A stretch of DNA of 64,000 bases from an uncultured delta proteobacterium (GCA_963803435.1 CAWDML010000005.1:384001-448000), one strand, 5' to 3'. Positions 32,841 to 42,459 are shown, numbered from the stretch's first letter. A program made the numbers and translations. The notes: generated by a model from the sequence alone, not told the origin.

Positions 32841-34076
32841 TCAGAAGGGAGCGACATCGGTGTCAATGCCGCGCCGGAGGAGGAGCGTACCGCCCCATAC
32901 CATCAGCGGGATGATCACCGCGGAGCCTGCGATCCGGACTGCCTCGTGAATCGTGAGGCCGTGATCCACGCCGTACGTGAGGGCCCAGCTCGAGGCCGAG
33001 ATGGCGAGCGTGGTCAGGCCGAATTCGATGGAGAAGACGCGGCCGTGAAAGCGCTTGTCGGCGTCCAGCTGGAGGAGCGTGCCGCTGTAGACCCAGTTGA
33101 GCCCACCTCCGATGGCGGAGAGAAAGTAACCGAACGCCACGCCCCACAGCGACTCGGAGAAGGAGGCCACCAAGAAGCCGGCGCCGAGCGTCAGATAGCC
33201 GGCGAAGATCGACCGCTTCAAGGTCGTGGGGGCGTCGCCGACGAACAGCCGCACGACCATCGAGCCGGCGAGCGCGCCGATGCCACGGCTCGTGTACAAG
33301 AGGCCGATGTAGAGCGCGCCGGTCCCCTCTCCGAAGGACTTGCCGAAGAGAGGCACCATGGCCACCGCACCCATCGAGAGGGCCTGCATGGGCTTCAGGA
33401 GCGAGAGCGTCAGGACGTAGCGGTCGCCGAGGAGGTAGCGGACCCCGTCGACGAACCGCGTCTGATTGCGCGGCCCCTCCTGCGCAGGCGGCTGAAGTGA
33501 AGGAAGCCCGAGGAAGAAGCTGGCCGAGAGGAGGAAGGTCACGCCGTCGATGAGGAATGAGGCGGTGACGCCGAGAAACTGCGTGGCGAAGCCGCCGAGC
33601 GCGGCACCGATCGCCAGCATGATCGACCAGGTTCCGCCGCCGAGCGCGTTCGCCATGGGCAGGTCCTCCGGCTTCACGATCATCGGAAGGACCGCGTTGC
33701 GGGTGGGGAGCACCACGCCTGAGAACATGATCATCACGGTGGTGAAGGCGAGGAGGCCCGCGATGCTCCCGGTCCGATGGGACGCGATCAACCCCAGGAC
33801 ACAGACCGCGCGTGCCAGATCGCTCGCGATCAGTAGCCGCCGGCGATCAAAGCGATCGATGATCGGACCCGCGATCGGGCTGACGAGGAAGGTCGGCAAG
33901 GTCTTGGCGACCATCACCGCCGCGATCGCCTGCGCGCTGTCGGTCAGCGCCTGGACCGACGTGTAGACGGCGATCGTGTTGAACCAGTCGCCCAGGTAGC
34001 TCACGAGCTCACCGAGCCAGAGACGCCGAAAGCTCTTCTCTTCGCGAAGGAGCGTCAGATAGCTGGGACCGGACAA
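32841..34076 (-). CDS. MFS transporter
   Basis: FRRLWLGELVSYLGDW, GPIIDRFDRRRLLI motif A, about 12 TM helices. Confidence 0.9.
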   Translation of the reverse strand: MSGPSYLTLLREEKSFRRLWLGELVSYLGDWFNTIAVYTSVQALTDSAQAIAAVMVAKTLPTFLVSPIAGPIIDRFDRRRLLIASDLARAVCVLGLIASHRTGSIAGLLAFTTVMIMFSGVVLPTRNAVLPMIVKPEDLPMANALGGGTWSIMLAIGAALGGFATQFLGVTASFLIDGVTFLLSASFFLGLPSLQPPAQEGPRNQTRFVDGVRYLLGDRYVLTLSLLKPMQALSMGAVAMVPLFGKSFGEGTGALYIGLLYTSRGIGALAGSMVVRLFVGDAPTTLKRSIFAGYLTLGAGFLVASFSESLWGVAFGYFLSAIGGGLNWVYSGTLLQLDADKRFHGRVFSIEFGLTTLAISASSWALTYGVDHGLTIHEAVRIAGSAVIIPLMVWGGTLLLRRGIDTDVAPF

Positions 34077-34169
34077 CCGCCGCGGACTGTACGGCGAAAC
34101 CGGACGCGCGTTAAACAGAGTCGCATCGGCTCGCTACATTCGGGGCGATGAAGCCCATCGGAGTCTTCC

Positions 34170-34337
34170 TTGTCTGAGCACTTCACGGTGCGCGAGCTCC
34201 TCCAGGCCGTCGAGGACACCGAGCGGCAGACCCGCGGCAAGAGCGACTGGTTCGACGGCGTCGACATCCATCACGTGTACTTCGAGGGGCTCCACGAGGA
34301 GGAGCCGGGGATCCACACCATCTACTGGGGCTCGTAG
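34170..34337 (+). CDS. small hypothetical protein or C-terminal remnant (55 aa)
   Basis: Below the ORF-track cutoff; strong GC3 codon bias; HFTVRELLQAVEDTERQTRGKSDWFDGVDIHHVYFEGL...IYWGS. Confidence 0.55.
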   Translation: MSEHFTVRELLQAVEDTERQTRGKSDWFDGVDIHHVYFEGLHEEEPGIHTIYWGS

Positions 34338-34341
34338 GCGA

Positions 34342-34917
34342 TCATCGCGAGAGCCAGCCCGGATGGCGGCGCATCGCCTCGCGGATCTCCTCCTCCGTGT
34401 AGCGTGGCGTGATGTTCGACGGACAATTCCAGTCGAAGCCCACGATCTCGATCCGCACGATCCGCTCCACCTTTCGGAGCAGTGACGGCGGTGTGATCGC
34501 CTCCGCGAGCGCCGGCTCGTCTCGCGCGTCCAGCACTCGTGCGCGGCCGAGGATCTTCAGCCGCGCCCGGTTGGGATAGTCCATCAAGAGCAGCGAGACG
34601 CGCGCGTCGTTGTCGAGGTTGCCGATCGAGATCAGCTGCCGATTGCCGCGAAGGTCGGCATAGGCGAGCGAATCCGGCGCGACCACGCGGAGGAAGCCCG
34701 GTGGTCCTCCGCGGTGCTGGAGATAGGGCCAGCCGTCGGGCGTGACGGTCGCCAGGTAGAAGCTGTCGCGCAAGCCGATGAACTCCCTCTCCGCCTCGCC
34801 CAGCGGCTCGCGCGCGCCTGCCGCTCCTGCGGGCAGCGAAAGGCTGCGCCCGTAATGCCGCTCCTGCGCCGCCCGCACCGGGTCGCTCAGGAGCTCCGCG
34901 AGGTATCGCGCTCCCAT
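34342..34917 (-). CDS. pyridoxamine 5'-phosphate oxidase family FMN-binding protein
   Basis: RDSFYLATV..GWPYLQHRGGPPGFL, ADLRGNRQLISIGN, RLKILG, FDWNCP..ITPRY. Confidence 0.9.
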   Translation of the reverse strand: MGARYLAELLSDPVRAAQERHYGRSLSLPAGAAGAREPLGEAEREFIGLRDSFYLATVTPDGWPYLQHRGGPPGFLRVVAPDSLAYADLRGNRQLISIGNLDNDARVSLLLMDYPNRARLKILGRARVLDARDEPALAEAITPPSLLRKVERIVRIEIVGFDWNCPSNITPRYTEEEIREAMRRHPGWLSR

Positions 34918-34927
34918 GACAGCCTCC

Positions 34928-35299
34928 TCAGAAGACGAGCGTCTGCCAGCCTCCGGCCAGATAGCGGTGGATGCCGGCGAGGCCCGGTGTCCCGGCGAGC
35001 TCGTTGTCGCGGAGCTCCGGGAGACCCGCCTCGCGCACGGAGTCCTTCGCGCCGAAGACGACGGCACAGGCGAGGGAGGCACCGGCGACGACGCCCCGCA
35101 CCGACTCGTAGAGCGCGTGTGCGGGATGGTCGAGTCGCGTCAGCTCCTTCGGCCAGCGTGTTCCGGTGCCGGCGAAGACGACCTCGACCTCCTCGCCGCG
35201 GCGGTCGGCGTCAGCCGCCAGCGCCAGCGCGTTGAAGGCACGGCCGAGGGCCTCCTCGCCGCTCTTCGGATCGGAGGTGATGATGATCGCGAGCTTCAT
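34928..35299 (-). CDS. DsrE family protein
   Basis: MKLAIIITSDP..EEALGRAFNAL..EVEVVFAGTGTRW..GASLACA.VFGA. Confidence 0.8.
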   Translation of the reverse strand: MKLAIIITSDPKSGEEALGRAFNALALAADADRRGEEVEVVFAGTGTRWPKELTRLDHPAHALYESVRGVVAGASLACAVVFGAKDSVREAGLPELRDNELAGTPGLAGIHRYLAGGWQTLVF

Positions 35300-35421
35300 G
35301 TCCTTGTTCCTTCCTTCGACCCGCTCCCGCGTGGTCGTGGCCTCAATCTGAGCTGACGAGCCAACTGAAACAATGCGCATCGAGTGGAACAAATAATTAA
35401 TAAAAATGGAATAATCGTCCA

Positions 35422-35490
35422 ACGGACCGCTTCGGCGCGATGCACGCCTTCGTCCCGGTGGCCGAGCGTTCCAGCTTCACGAAGGTGGTT
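35422..35490 (+). pseudogene. LysR regulator N-terminal remnant
   Basis: (ACG)DRFGAMHAFVPVAERSSFTK matches the LysR start MDRxxAMxxFVxVAExxSFT; preceded by an AT-rich divergent promoter region at 35365-35415. Confidence 0.7.
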
Positions 35491-35618
35491 GGTCTCATCG
35501 CTCGAGGCGCGCCTCGAGGACCCGCTGGAGATGCAAGCGACGCAAGCAGTGCGGAAATAGCGAGCAGCCAGGTGGCGTTGTTCGACCCGATTCTCCGACC
35601 TCGAGCCAAGGCATCCAG

Positions 35619-35894
35619 ATGAAGAACGCCCGTATCCTCTCGCTGATCGCGCTGATCTCCCCGCTCTCCGGCGTGGCCGCGTCCTCCTGCGGAAGCAACG
35701 CCGGCAGCACCAACGTCGAGTGTCGCCCGCTGACCGCAAATGCTCGCGCGCGATCGGTCGACTGGAGCGGCTCCATCTTCACGATCGTCATGGAGAACCA
35801 CAGCTACGGTGCAATCATCGGATCTTCCGACGCGCCGTACATCAACGCGCTGGCCTCGAACCACGCGATCGCCGCCGGCTACCACGACTCCTAC
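35619..35894 (+). pseudogene. secreted phosphoesterase family N-terminal fragment
   Basis: Signal peptide, then IFTIVMENHSYGAIIGSSDAPYINALA...AAGYHD; stops before the expected HPSxPNY motif. Confidence 0.7.
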
Positions 35895-36704
35895 GTGCGC
35901 CCTGTGCTCTCGCTCGAGCCGCGCGAGTCGGACTTCGTCGCCGCACCGATCGGTCGATACCACCGGGCTCGGTGCGTGCTCTTCTGGTGCGCGAGCCCCA
36001 CGCTGTTCGGTGCGTTCGCCTGGGGCAACCCGGAGCTCGAGGATGCGAAGGACTTCACGAGGCTGCTCGACGCGACGCTCTCACCCGACCTGGCTCACCT
36101 GTAGATCCTGCAGGACGCGGCGCGGCTGGAGTCGCTGTCGCCTCCGGTGTTCGCCTGGGTGGCGGAACACCTGGCGAAGCGCCTCGCGGAGTATCGCGAG
36201 CGGACCGTGCGCCTCGCGCTCGTGCACTCGGGTGGGTTCTGGGGGGCGACGGTGGCGGGGATGTTCAACGTCGTCCCGCCGCCGGGGCCGCTGAAGCTCT
36301 TCACGACGAGAGAGCGCGCGCTCGCCTGGCTGCGCGCGGACGCGCCGGCCGAGCTGCTCCCGACGCGCGCGCGCATCTCCAGCAACGCGCCAATCGCGCC
36401 GGTGGTGCAGCGCTTGCGCGCGCTCGTTCGGCAGGCGTCGGGTCGGCTGGAGCTCGAGGCTGCGGCCGTGGCGATGGATCGCTCCTCGCGCTCGCTGCAG
36501 CGGGAGCTCCAGCGCGAGGGCACCTCGTTCCGGCGGGAGATGCCGGCGGCGCGCGTCGAGCACAGCAAGGAGCGCATGCTCTCCTCGTCGCTGCCGATCA
36601 CGCGGATCGGCCTCGAGGTCGGCTTCGAGTCGTCGCAGCACTTCAGCCGGGTGTTTCGCGAGCACACGGGCCTCGCGCCGTCGGAGTGGCGCGCGCGCCG
36701 CTGA
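35895..36704 (+). pseudogene. AraC family regulator with in-frame TAG at 36102-36104
   Basis: Frame continues past TAG into 36147..36704 with the AraC HTH SSRSLQRELQREGTSF...IGLEVGFESSQHFSRVFREHTGLAPSEWR. Confidence 0.75.
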
Positions 36705-37382
36705 CCGCGCTCATTCTCGCAGGGCTCGCGCTCGCCGGCTGCGGGTCCGGCGCCTCGGGCGGCGAGTCCGGCGCGTCGAGCGACGCGCGCACCGATCCGG
36801 CCGGTGATGCGTCCGGCGAGCAGGCGGACGGCGGTGAGGCGGGAGACGCCGCGGTGAACGACGCCGCGATCGCCGCGCTCTCGATCGGCCCTCTCGGTGG
36901 GACGATCGTCGTCGATCCCATGATCGAGATCGTCGTCCCGCCGGGCGCGCTGAGCCAGGACATCGTGTTCGCGGTCTCGACCGCCACGACGCCGGACAGC
37001 CCCTACACGCGAACCGGCCACACCCCGCTCGGCCCGGCGTTCGTCGTGCAGCCGAGCTGCTCCGGATCAAGGACCCAGCGCACGCCCGCGCGTACGTCGA
37101 CTGGGAGCGCGACCAGGTGGAAGCGGCCGAGCCGTTCACCCGCTTCGCTCGACCCCGCCGACTACAGGGACGCCACCGGGCGTGGTCTACGTGCACAGCG
37201 CGGCGGGCACCGCAGGCGGCCTGACGTACCTGATCTCCGGCAGTCACGCCTGCTACGGCGAGGGCTGTGCTACGTACATCCTTCAGGGCGTCCAGGGCGC
37301 CCACTGGTACGCGAACGAAGCCGCGACGTTTCAGTGCAGCGATCTACGCATGGACCACCACAACCAGATCTACCTCGATTGA
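36701..37382 (+). pseudogene. truncated lipoprotein followed by unrelated gene fragments
   Basis: LAGC lipobox, DAS/DGG tether, IGPLGGTI..VPPGAL (ZU5-like), then frame changes near 37060 and 37180. Confidence 0.5.
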
Positions 37383-37562
37383 ACCGTTCCCTCCTCTTGG
37401 TCGCCGAAGAACGTCCGGATCGCCCGGCGAACGGCCGCGCGGCAGTGGCGTGGGCCGGCTACCAGACGGGCCTGCTCGAAGCCGCCATCCCCCGGCGTGG
37501 CCGAAGAGATCCGACCAGCCCTCCGCGAAGCGCCCGGCGACGCCGGCAACCGGAGCCGTCAA

Positions 37563-38387
37563 TCAGGCCGTCGTCGCAGCTCGGGAACAGGTGAACGCCC
37601 GGCGCCGGAGCCAAGCATCCAGAGCAGCGTTGAACGCGTGAGCGTCCTCGATCGGCAACGCGTGGTGCGCATCGGGGACGACCTGAACTTCGGCTCGCTC
37701 GATCCGGTTCGCGACCGACTCCTTCGCTGCGACAGGCGTGTAGTCGTGCTCGGAGCAGAGGAGCAGCGTTGGGCACCGCAGCTCATCGAGGCGCCGTTCG
37801 ACCGACCATCCGACGATCGCGCGCGTCAACGCCAGATAAGCGCCCGGCTCGTTGTCTGCCATCTGTGCTTCGAATCGCCGCCGCAGATCGAGCTGATCCG
37901 CTCGGGGAAAGAGTCGAGGTGCGACCATCTTCGCCACGGCCCGCGGTCCGAGCGCGCGCGTCAACACCATCCGGACCGCGAGCTGCAGACTCTCGCGCCA
38001 GGTGCGCGGGACCACCGACGCGCCGGAGTTGACCAGCACCAGGCTGTGAACCAGGCGCGGCGAGTCGAGGGCCAGCTGCAGCGCAGTCATCCCTCCCATC
38101 GAGAGACCGACGAGATGTACGCGTTCTAGGCCCAGCCGATCGAGCACCGCGGCCGCATCCGCTGCCAGCTGCGAGATCGAGAAAGGGCCGCTGGGATGCT
38201 CGAGGTCGCGCGATCGTCCGCTGCCGCGAGCGTCGGGGATGATGCAGCGATACCGGCCGCCAAAGAACGCCACCTGCTCGCTCCAGTCTTGGCCGCTCGA
38301 TCCGAGCCCGTGGAGCAGCACCAGCGGCTCACCGGTGCCGACTTCTTCGAGGTACAACGAAGCGCCGCGCAGCTTCAGCCGAGTCAC
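37563..38387 (-). CDS. alpha/beta hydrolase
   Basis: LLHGLGS, DARGSGRS, GLSMGG nucleophile elbow, D (SEHD) and H (AHHA) triad positions. Confidence 0.9.
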   Translation of the reverse strand: MTRLKLRGASLYLEEVGTGEPLVLLHGLGSSGQDWSEQVAFFGGRYRCIIPDARGSGRSRDLEHPSGPFSISQLAADAAAVLDRLGLERVHLVGLSMGGMTALQLALDSPRLVHSLVLVNSGASVVPRTWRESLQLAVRMVLTRALGPRAVAKMVAPRLFPRADQLDLRRRFEAQMADNEPGAYLALTRAIVGWSVERRLDELRCPTLLLCSEHDYTPVAAKESVANRIERAEVQVVPDAHHALPIEDAHAFNAALDAWLRRRAFTCSRAATTA

Positions 38388-38394
38388 GTCGTGC

Positions 38395-39264
38395 TCAGTG
38401 ATTCTCGAACCACGCGACGATGGCCTCCGGCGCCGACGAAAGCCAGCGGTGACTCGCCAAGGGATCGATCAGGGCGTCGGTCTCGATGCCCTGTGCGTCG
38501 AGTCGATCGCGATAACGCTGCATCGTGAACAGCGGCACCGTTGTGTCCAGCCGGCCGTGGAGAAAGAGCGTCGGCGGATGATCCAGGGGCAGCTCGTCGG
38601 GGACCGAGCAGAGCGGCCCGACGCAGGTCGCATAGCTGCCGGAGTTCACGGCCAGCGCGCGGAAGACGCCTCGGTAGCTGACGGCCATGCGGCTGGTCAT
38701 GTACCCTCCGCTCGAGATTCCGGTCGCATAGAGCCTGCTCGTGTCGGCCGGACCGAACTCTCCCTGGCGAACGGCTTCCAGGAGCGCGTCGACGAATCGC
38801 CGGTCCGTGGTCAGTGCCCAGTCGAGGCCTGAATTCGTCTGCCACGCCACCCCGAAGGCCGCCGAGGGCGCGACGACGGTGAAGCCGTGATCGAGCAGCT
38901 CCGCCTGGAGCTTGGCCTGATAATACCCGCCGAACGGGAGGCCGCGCGGGACCTCGCCCCAGGTCGTCGAAGGGGCAAACAGGCTGCCTTGAAAGAGGAC
39001 GACCAGCGGATGACCGCCGCTCGGCGAGGGCGCGGCGGGCGTCTGCCAGTACACGTCGCGCTCGATCTCCCCGGCGGCGAGCGTGGTCACGCGGTAGGTG
39101 CAGACCACGGTCTGCGGATCGACCGAACAGCGCGAGACCTCGCTGTCCGCCGCATCGACGATGGAGGCATCGCTCGCCGCCGCGCCCTCGTTCTCGATGG
39201 GGGCGCCGTCGGGAGCGGTCGGATCACAGGCGACGAGGAGCAACGCGTAGACGTGAAGGCGCAT
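38395..39264 (-). CDS. phaZ: extracellular medium-chain-length PHA depolymerase (lipoprotein)
   Basis: RDVYWQTP, FQGS, FGGYYQ, AWQTN, RLYATGISSGGYMTSRMAVSY, ATCVGPLCSVP..LP.DHPPTLFLHG..D, HRW: recalled P. fluorescens GK13-type PhaZ signature. Confidence 0.82.
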   Translation of the reverse strand: MRLHVYALLLVACDPTAPDGAPIENEGAAASDASIVDAADSEVSRCSVDPQTVVCTYRVTTLAAGEIERDVYWQTPAAPSPSGGHPLVVLFQGSLFAPSTTWGEVPRGLPFGGYYQAKLQAELLDHGFTVVAPSAAFGVAWQTNSGLDWALTTDRRFVDALLEAVRQGEFGPADTSRLYATGISSGGYMTSRMAVSYRGVFRALAVNSGSYATCVGPLCSVPDELPLDHPPTLFLHGRLDTTVPLFTMQRYRDRLDAQGIETDALIDPLASHRWLSSAPEAIVAWFENH

Positions 39265-39324
39265 CGGGACCCGGTTAGCACGCCGCGCTTCGACGGCCAA
39301 TTCCGCCCGGACTGCGCGAGGCCC

Positions 39325-39339
39325 TTTGTACTATACAAA
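39325..39339. promoter_or_regulatory. palindromic operator candidate
   Basis: TTTGTA-CTA-TACAAA, overlapping a TACTAT -10-like hexamer, between phaZ and the divergent regulator. Confidence 0.6.
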
Positions 39340-39346
39340 AACGACG

Positions 39347-40162
39347 ATGAAGATGGCGGAGCTGGTCGAGCGATCGGGTGTCTCTCGCTCGACGATTCAT
39401 CACTATCAAAACCTGGGCTTGCTTCCCCCAGCGGAGCTGCGCGGCCCGAAGCTGCACGTCTACTCCGAGGTTCACCTCAACTGCCTGCGCCAGATCGTGC
39501 GATGGCGACGCGCGGGAAGAACGCTCCCAGAGATCCGGGCGAAGATCGGCCGGCAGCTCCGGGCGCCCACCACCGGTCCCGCACCGGTCAGCGGTGAGCG
39601 GGAGGTCATCGTGCGCGCCGCGGCGGCCCTGTTCCTCGAGGACGGCGCGGCCAAGTTTCGTCTCTCCGAGATCGCCCGCGCTGCGGGTGTTTCGCGCCGG
39701 ACCGTCGCGAAGCACTTCAGCTCCGCGGAGGAATGCTTCCTCGCCTCGATCGATCACCTTCGGCTGTTGCTGGCGCCACCCGAGGAACGAAGACATGCGT
39801 CGCGTGCGGCAGGTCTTTGGCGCGAGGTGGGACGCCGGGCCCGCTCGGTCCTGTCGCGAAGCCGTGGCTGGGTCGACTTGAACTGCGCGCTGATGGTCGC
39901 GCGCGCGAGCGACGATCCTGAGCGAGCCGCGCTGGCGCGAGAGGCAATGTTCCGCATGATCACCAACGTCGAGCCGTCGCTGCGCCGAGCACAGAGCGCA
40001 CAGAAGCTCCCACCCGGTGACACGGAGCTGCTCATGTTCATGGCGTGGGGCGCGCTGATCTACGCCGGCTACTGGATCCTCGACCGATCACCCCGGGGAC
40101 TCGACCGGGCCATCGACGAGTACACCCACCTCATCATCCGCGGAGCGCAGATCAAACGGTGA
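39347..40162 (+). CDS. MerR-HTH + TetR fusion transcriptional regulator
   Basis: MKMAELVERSGVSRSTIHHYQNLGLLP..YSEVH (MerR), then IVRAAAALFLEDG..RLSEIARAAGVSRRTVAKHFSS (TetR). Confidence 0.85.
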   Translation: MKMAELVERSGVSRSTIHHYQNLGLLPPAELRGPKLHVYSEVHLNCLRQIVRWRRAGRTLPEIRAKIGRQLRAPTTGPAPVSGEREVIVRAAAALFLEDGAAKFRLSEIARAAGVSRRTVAKHFSSAEECFLASIDHLRLLLAPPEERRHASRAAGLWREVGRRARSVLSRSRGWVDLNCALMVARASDDPERAALAREAMFRMITNVEPSLRRAQSAQKLPPGDTELLMFMAWGALIYAGYWILDRSPRGLDRAIDEYTHLIIRGAQIKR

Positions 40163-40511
40163 GGGGGTGGCTCGACGCTGCGTCCGTCTCCCGCCGTCCG
40201 AGATCCTCGCCGATTTCGGCGATCCGCTGGTCGATCCGCTCCTCGACCTCCGGCTGGGCTCCAGCCGCCGGTTCCTCGAGCGCCTGGAGCTTGGCCTCCC
40301 TCCCTTCTTTGGTCTGGTCGAGCCGCCCTCGAGCGTGCTCGGCGGTTCGCTGGAGCTGAAGCTCTTCAGCGCACGAACACCTTCGCGCGCGCTGGTCTCC
40401 TCCGGAAAATTGCCACCACGATCGCCTCCTCTACGAGCAAGCTGCACGACTCATTCCGACGCCTTTGGCGACCGCCGTGACGTCCCCGCTCTCGGTGGGT
40501 ATCCTCATACG

Positions 40512-40700
40512 ATGCGGCCCGATCCTCGCCGGCGTGACATCCATGCGCTCGACGCCGACGGCATGGTCCTCTGTAACCCGCGCGATCGCGAAGCCGCGCA
40601 TCGGGCCCAGGTCGAAGGGATCGCCACGTCGACGGCGGCCGAGGTGACCTGCCGAAAGTGCCTCGAGCGGCTCCACCAGGCCGAGCCCGCGGGACGCTGA
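40512..40700 (+). CDS. small hypothetical protein with H/C motif
   Basis: MRPDPRRRDIHALDADGMVLCNPRDREAAHRAQVEGIAT...VTCRKCL; coding-like codon usage. Confidence 0.6.
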   Translation: MRPDPRRRDIHALDADGMVLCNPRDREAAHRAQVEGIATSTAAEVTCRKCLERLHQAEPAGR

Positions 40701-40945
40701 CCTCGGGCCACACACGTGTGAGTCCTCGATGCCACGATCGGCCTCCTGACGGCGGCTCCATTCGGGCGCCCGCCGGCTGGCACGGGCCCTGCTCTCCCCG
40801 GCAATCGATGGTGCGCCGGTCGATCGCCGTCCGTCGTGATCTCTGCCTGCTGCCGGCGGATCCGGACCCTGGAGCGAAGGGCGCCTCCGCCGCGGCGCCG
40901 ATCCGAGGCGACGCCGTCCGGGCCTGGGACCAGTGCGACGATCCG

Positions 40946-41602
40946 ATGGCCAACCTCTTCGTGGCGTCCGGGACCGCCGCGCCGACCGCCGAGCACGGCC
41001 AGGTCCAGCGATCGCCCGAGGCTCGGCGAGCCATCGAGCGGACGATCGAGCGCCTCGATCGGAGCCCGGAGCGCCTCGGTGGCTGGTCGCCGGCGGCGAT
41101 GTACCAGAAGTTCTTCGCGAACAACCCGAGCGTCAGCGACGAACAACTCCTGGCGATGGGCAAGGTTCCGGTCAATCGCCTCAACACGCCGGAGGCCACC
41201 GCCACCGAGCTCCAGGAGATGAGCCGTTACGACGTCCCGCTGAACACGCCTCAACACCGCTTTGCCCGGGATCTGATGGCGGGGATCATCGACGCCCGGC
41301 CCGGGGAGGTCTCGAGGATCAAGCCCGAGATGGGGACGACCGGAAGCTCGCGCTTCACGTCGGAGTTCCGGAAGAAGTGGTGGGGCCTTCCGCCTCCCGT
41401 CGGGCTGTCGATCTCCTCCAGCGAACCGCTCCAACTCGGAACCGTGCTCCACGACGTCACGTCCGATCTCAAGGACGCAGGGGTCGCGAACCTGAACAAG
41501 AGCATGTGGGGGCTCGACGGGAACCGGACCTCGGCAATCGTGATGTCGCAGTGGTACGGAGGCCTCCCCGCCCTCCCTCCGCCCACTGCGCCGCTCCGGT
41601 AG
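40946..41602 (+). CDS. hypothetical protein
   Basis: Balanced composition and GC3 bias from ATG 40946; no family recognised; start uncertain. Confidence 0.55.
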   Translation: MANLFVASGTAAPTAEHGQVQRSPEARRAIERTIERLDRSPERLGGWSPAAMYQKFFANNPSVSDEQLLAMGKVPVNRLNTPEATATELQEMSRYDVPLNTPQHRFARDLMAGIIDARPGEVSRIKPEMGTTGSSRFTSEFRKKWWGLPPPVGLSISSSEPLQLGTVLHDVTSDLKDAGVANLNKSMWGLDGNRTSAIVMSQWYGGLPALPPPTAPLR

Positions 41603-41621
41603 CCGGGGCACCCTGACGGGA

Positions 41622-42083
41622 TCACACGCGGACGAGGCGGGCGAAGGCGAGCATCTCGCGGGCGTTCAACACGCCGTTGCGGTCGGCGTCGGCGCCGCGA
41701 AAGGCGCGCTCGGTTCGCTCGGCGCTCTCCGTGCGGACCTCCCGCTCGGTCAAGAACGACACTCCGCGGCCGCGGGCGCGCCGGCCTCGCACGACCTGGA
41801 CGGACGCTCCGCGTTCGACGTCCCAGCCGGACCAGTCACCCTTACCCGCGCGCTGCTCGCGGAGGCTCAGCCGTCCGTCCCAATCGAGGTCGTCCCGCTT
41901 GAAGTCCGCCAGGACGCGGGCGAGCTCGCGCTGCTCCAGCTCCGGCAGGGTGACGCCCCGCTCGACGCCTCGACCTCTTCCCCGACCGTTGTGACCGCCA
42001 TCGTGCGGACCGTCCGCCAGCGCTGTCCCGCTGATGAGGCCGAGGCCGAGCACGATCCCGAAAATGCGACTCTTGTGGTTCAT
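41622..42083 (-). CDS. secreted EF-hand-like protein
   Basis: Signal peptide ending ALA; DLDWDGRLSLRE and DADRNGVLNARE loops. Confidence 0.7.
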   Translation of the reverse strand: MNHKSRIFGIVLGLGLISGTALADGPHDGGHNGRGRGRGVERGVTLPELEQRELARVLADFKRDDLDWDGRLSLREQRAGKGDWSGWDVERGASVQVVRGRRARGRGVSFLTEREVRTESAERTERAFRGADADRNGVLNAREMLAFARLVRV

Positions 42084-42256
42084 ACCTACTCCTGGCGGAC
42101 GCTCACCGCGCCGCTCGCCCGGATCGACGCTCGGCTGCCGCCCGCTCTTCCACGCGGGCGGGGCGATTCACACATCTTGAGGCGCGTTCACGAACCGTGA
42201 CATGGGCTCGCGCTTCTGCGGATACACGCCGCTTGCGCGGCAAGAACTCCCGCCAC

Positions 42257-42451
42257 TCATCCGCAGCCGACGGGACGGATGCGGCTGCGAACGACGAGGC
42301 GCTGTCTGACCTCCACCCCTTCGAGATGAACCTGGTGCCCGTCCGGCCACACCACGTCCAGGCGATCGACGCGCTCGGCGGCCCCGAGGCCGAAGTGCGC
42401 CTCGGCGGGATCCTGGGACACATAGTTGGAGCCGGCGCGCACGAGGCGCAC
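42257..42451 (-). pseudogene. ASPIC/UnbV domain fragment (3' end of a CRTAC1-like gene)
   Basis: RAGSNYVSQD..AHFGLG..VDRLDVVWPDG; the upstream FG-GAP region is absent. Confidence 0.75.
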
Positions 42452-42459
42452 CTGATGGC

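Noticed and set aside
36102-36104. Programmed amber read-through (pyrrolysine or recoding)
   Set aside because: TAG is an ordinary stop for many genes here, no pyl genes are present, and the region is decayed.
40150-40380. Minus-strand coiled-coil-like coding remnant (EAKLQALEE..ERIDQRIAEI)
   Set aside because: Plausibly another fragment, but with no start and no confident family it is too weak to call.
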